Source of the DNA: Candidatus Hadarchaeota archaeon
Lineage (GTDB): Archaea; CAYQAE01; CAYVLA01
DNA length: 19,714 bases
Direction of reading: 5' to 3'
NCBI GenBank assembly: GCA_964452145.1
Contig: CAYVLA010000059.1
Location: 1-19,714, forward strand
The notes beneath the pieces were generated by a model. It ran no database searches, was not told the DNA's origin, and worked only from the letters and a program-made list of their open reading frames with translations. The position numbers were made by a program, and so were the translations under genes. This document shows positions 16,953-19,714 of the stretch, in pieces. Numbering within the stretch: position 1 is the stretch's first letter; each line of letters starts with the position of its first letter.

Positions 16953-17225
16953 TTACGGATGATCGAAGGTCAGGCCCAGGGTCGCGTTCTCGACCGTTAT
17001 CGCGTGCAGGTACCTTCCCTTCACCCGGTAGTCGGTTATCCTCCGTTCCTTGGTCCTCATCGAACCCTGGACCCGCACATCGTCCCCCCAGCGAACGTAA
17101 CACATGAAGTCGCACTTGACAAGGATGTCCTCCTCTCCCGCCTTTATGACGAAGGCCGTATGCAGGCTAGTGGCCGTTCCCCATGTGAGCGGCCGGCCCC
17201 ATACGATTCCTGAGAATGCCGTCAT
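16953..17225 (-). CDS. Small beta-rich hypothetical protein (possible OB-fold, about 90 aa)
   Basis: Within ORF 16953..17411; probable ATG at 17225 (MTAFSGIVWG...) about 25 nt after an ATTTAT box. The pattern FSGIV...FVIK...ILVKC...VRWGDDVRVQG...AITVEN is OB-fold-like. Confidence 0.55.
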   Translation of the reverse strand: MTAFSGIVWGRPLTWGTATSLHTAFVIKAGEEDILVKCDFMCYVRWGDDVRVQGSMRTKERRITDYRVKGRYLHAITVENATLGLTFDHP

Positions 17226-17305
17226 GGTATCGCACTTCCCGTGTGAGGATAAATGTGTAAGTCGCAGAGAACTCGCGGCGTTGAAGAAATCCCGGCTCAT
17301 ACGTA

Positions 17306-18544
17306 TCAGAGTGACCGGGTGGATGCCACCGCCCTGTACAGCCTCTTCCTGACCATCACAGCCCAGAGCACGGTGCCCGAGAAGAAACAAGTCCCCAGAA
17401 CGGCGAACCATTCAATGATGTATACCCAGAGCATCGCCCGGTTCTTAAGCCTGAAGGCATGCGCCTCTATCTCCTTGAGAGCTTCTTGGGCGTCCTGGAG
17501 CAGTGCGATCGACCCTGTGTAGTCCTGTCTGATGTAGGCCTCCTGGGCCAACGTCACGGTCTCCTCCACGTCGTTGATTGAAGGTTCCAGCTTCGAGGTG
17601 CTTGCTCCGAATCTGTCAACGAACTCGAAGAGGGATGATAGGAGTATCTTCCTTGTCGCAATGTCGACTAACTCGGCCCTGTTGGCATGGACCAAGGCCA
17701 AATCCTGGGGGACCTCGACCCTGCTCGAGTACAGCCCAAGGTTTGAGGCGAAGTCAAGGTAGTACTCCCAGTTACAGAAATCCACTCCCCATCCGGGGGT
17801 CCAGTCCGGCGTGAAGGCGACCGTCCTGCCCTGGCCATACCTCCACACAGCCATCAGGGGGTAACTCGTCGAGTAGCCCACCGCCTTGGAAAGCTCGATA
17901 GCTCCGTCTCTCACCGTGACGATGTTGAGCCCCGAGAAAGGGGGTGCCGATCCCCACGGCAGGGATCTCATCAACTCATCGTCCGGAGCGCGGATGGTGA
18001 ATCTGTAGGAACCTGAAGGAGCGTTCTGCTGGATCGTGGCGAATTCGACTGGCAGGGCATCTGCAACGGGGGTCCCGGCCCAGCTCGGGTAGTTGGATCC
18101 CCCGGCGAAGCTCTCGATCCCGCCGACCATGGTGAGGCCGAATCCGCTTTCCTCAACGCATTTCTTCATCCAGTCTATCTGCTCGGGACGGAAGTTGAGA
18201 ACGCAGACATCGGACAGGATGATCGTGTCGTAGGAATCTCTCATATGCCCCAGGGTCTTCGGCATGTACTGCCTCATGTACTTGTAGATGTCGTTGATGC
18301 CCAGCCCCGCCGCGAAAAGCACGTCCCTGCAGGCAGGGATCAGCGTCGGGATGAAAGTGGGATCGGATCTGTAGATGTAGACCGGGTTCCGGGTGTTGGT
18401 CGCATCACCTATGTACAGCAGGCGTATCCGCCCGGTCTCCGGATCCCTCTTGCCCTCCTGGGCTCCGACAAGTGTTCCAAGGACCATGCACGCAAGCATT
18501 GCGCGAAAGACAGGCTTGATGAGGACAGGCCAGCGGGGCAACAA
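17306..18544 (-). CDS. Secreted, membrane-anchored GATase1-like (DUF1355-type) domain protein, paralog 3
   Basis: Within ORF 17306..18622; probable TTG start near 18544 after CGAAAGACAATTAT. RDPETGRIRLLYIGD, YMRQYMPKT, YDTIILSD, LTMVGGIESFAG, TPVADALPV, YGQGRTVAFTPDWTPGWG and the same C-terminal anchor. Confidence 0.75.
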   Translation of the reverse strand: MLPRWPVLIKPVFRAMLACMVLGTLVGAQEGKRDPETGRIRLLYIGDATNTRNPVYIYRSDPTFIPTLIPACRDVLFAAGLGINDIYKYMRQYMPKTLGHMRDSYDTIILSDVCVLNFRPEQIDWMKKCVEESGFGLTMVGGIESFAGGSNYPSWAGTPVADALPVEFATIQQNAPSGSYRFTIRAPDDELMRSLPWGSAPPFSGLNIVTVRDGAIELSKAVGYSTSYPLMAVWRYGQGRTVAFTPDWTPGWGVDFCNWEYYLDFASNLGLYSSRVEVPQDLALVHANRAELVDIATRKILLSSLFEFVDRFGASTSKLEPSINDVEETVTLAQEAYIRQDYTGSIALLQDAQEALKEIEAHAFRLKNRAMLWVYIIEWFAVLGTCFFSGTVLWAVMVRKRLYRAVASTRSL

Positions 18545-18750
18545 AGCGGAATAGCCAGGTCCCTTCGGGATAATTGTCTTTCGTCCGATCCGCAGAACGG
18601 CGGCCCCAGAGGCCCCCAGCAACCCCGGTCAACGAGGCTTGACAACTCCCTCAATTTCCTCCCCGTCCAGATCCATCCCCACGCAGGCCGCGCGAATGAA
18701 TCGTAGAGTGGGGAATGAAAAAGCCTTCCCAGAGGCCTTGATTGAGGGGA

Positions 18751-19218
18751 TCAGCGCTTTCCCTGAAGCTTCCGCCGAGTCGCCACCAGCGTGCGAAGAT
18801 GCTCCTTCTCCTGGGCGACGACCTTGTCGTTCGTTTCCGCAGCGGACGCGGACAGCAAGCTCTGCAGACCAGAATAGAAAAGCACACTATCCTTCTCGAA
18901 TTGTATAGCAATGGTGAAGGCCTCATCCAGGTTCAAAGGGGCCTGCCCCAGCTGGCCCGACTCCGTCAAGCTTGCCAGGGGACCGGTCTGCATGAGATTG
19001 GCCAGATAGTCAGTTGCCCGGTCATCCTTTGTGAAGGCCTTCTTGGGATCCAACTTCCTATACAGCTCGGCATGACGGGCCTCGGCCTTGGCGAGATCCT
19101 CGAAGAAACTCCTAGTCTCCGAGGCCATCTCGGCCACCCTCGTATAGAAGGCCTTCCCGGCCTCCTCGAACTTGACCGCCACCTCGACTATGTCGCCGGC
19201 ATCGAGCTTATCAAGCAT
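18751..19218 (-). CDS. Ferritin-like/rubrerythrin-family diiron protein (no rubredoxin domain)
   Basis: Duplicated ExxxxxFY...ExxH motifs: EEAGKAFY, EARH, EKDSVLFY and EKEH. Confidence 0.88.
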   Translation of the reverse strand: MLDKLDAGDIVEVAVKFEEAGKAFYTRVAEMASETRSFFEDLAKAEARHAELYRKLDPKKAFTKDDRATDYLANLMQTGPLASLTESGQLGQAPLNLDEAFTIAIQFEKDSVLFYSGLQSLLSASAAETNDKVVAQEKEHLRTLVATRRKLQGKR

Positions 19219-19241
19219 GGCGATCCCGCAGTTTGCTTGAC

Positions 19242-19249
19242 CTTATAAC
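19242..19249 (-). promoter_or_regulatory. TATA-box candidate (GTTATAAG)
   Basis: 23 nt upstream of ATG 19218, with no obvious RBS; consistent with a leaderless or short-leader transcript. Confidence 0.55.
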
Positions 19250-19327
19250 TGTGCACATCCTGGCCTCCAGGCGACACCTCTGGTCAGGCGTCAGATCTGG
19301 GGATGGGTACCGAAGGAGACGGTAGGC

Positions 19328-19714
19328 CTAATGGGCCGCGTGCACCGTCTGCTTGACCGTCTCAACGTGGCCGGGCACCTTGACCTTGCTGAATATCCTT
19401 TCTATCCTGCCCCGCTCGTCGATGAGGAAGGTGGATCTCTCCACGCCTAGGAAGCTTTTGCCGTAGAGCTTCTTCTGTTTCCAGACCCCATACTTCTTGT
19501 GCACTTCCAGATCAGGATCGCTCAGAAGCGGGAAGTTTAACCGGTGTTTGGACTTGAACTTGAGGTGAGAACTCACCCCATCCTTGCTTACCCCCAGGAC
19601 GATGATCCCCAGATCGTCAAACCACGAGATCGAGTCCCTGAAGTCGCAGGCTTCCTTGGTGCATCCGGGTGTGTTGTCCTTGGGATAGAAGTAGAGGACG
19701 ACCTTCTTGCCCCT
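19328..19714 (-). CDS. bcp: Peroxiredoxin BCP/PrxQ, 5'-truncated by the window edge
   Basis: Manual extension to the edge gives RGKKVVLYFYPKDNTPGCTKEACDFRD...VLGVSKD...FPLLSD...ERSTFLID (PxxxTxxC peroxidatic motif and CxxxxC). Confidence 0.96.
   Translation of the reverse strand, partial: RGKKVVLYFYPKDNTPGCTKEACDFRDSISWFDDLGIIVLGVSKDGVSSHLKFKSKHRLNFPLLSDPDLEVHKKYGVWKQKKLYGKSFLGVERSTFLIDERGRIERIFSKVKVPGHVETVKQTVHAAH

Noticed and set aside
4725..19714. rbr, ferritin-like, bcp and ogt as one oxidative-stress island
   Set aside because: They are scattered in separate transcription units and are common in anaerobes; only bcp and the ferritin-like gene are adjacent.

Overview
A gene-dense, GC-rich window, most likely from an anaerobic archaeon. 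TATA-like boxes (TATAAG/TTTAAG) lie about 21-30 nt before starts, ribosome-binding sites are GGTGA/GGAGG-type, many starts are TTG/GTG, and it carries an archaeal-type AlaDH and a tungsten oxidoreductase. Housekeeping and stress genes are uppP (partial), rubrerythrin, AlaDH/OCD family, proC, ogt, a ferritin-like protein and bcp (partial). Four less ordinary blocks stand out. (1) A translationally coupled operon of polyferredoxin, a FOR-like tungsten aldehyde oxidoreductase and proC may interconvert glutamate and proline without ProB/ProA/PutA. (2) A minus-strand operon encodes a helical protein (probable CTG start), an SPFH protein with three zinc ribbons, three paralogous Zn-ribbon proteins and a Tat-exported membrane-anchored DUF362; it resembles the B. 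subtilis ydjG/ydjI membrane-stress genes but lacks PspA. (3) Three dispersed paralogs of a secreted GATase1-like protein share a highly conserved C-terminal membrane anchor and tail. (4) A membrane-anchored wHTH regulator is coupled to a polytopic membrane protein, next to a frameshifted DUF1670-like remnant. No rRNA, tRNA or CRISPR array was seen. Family calls come from motif recognition by eye, not database searches.
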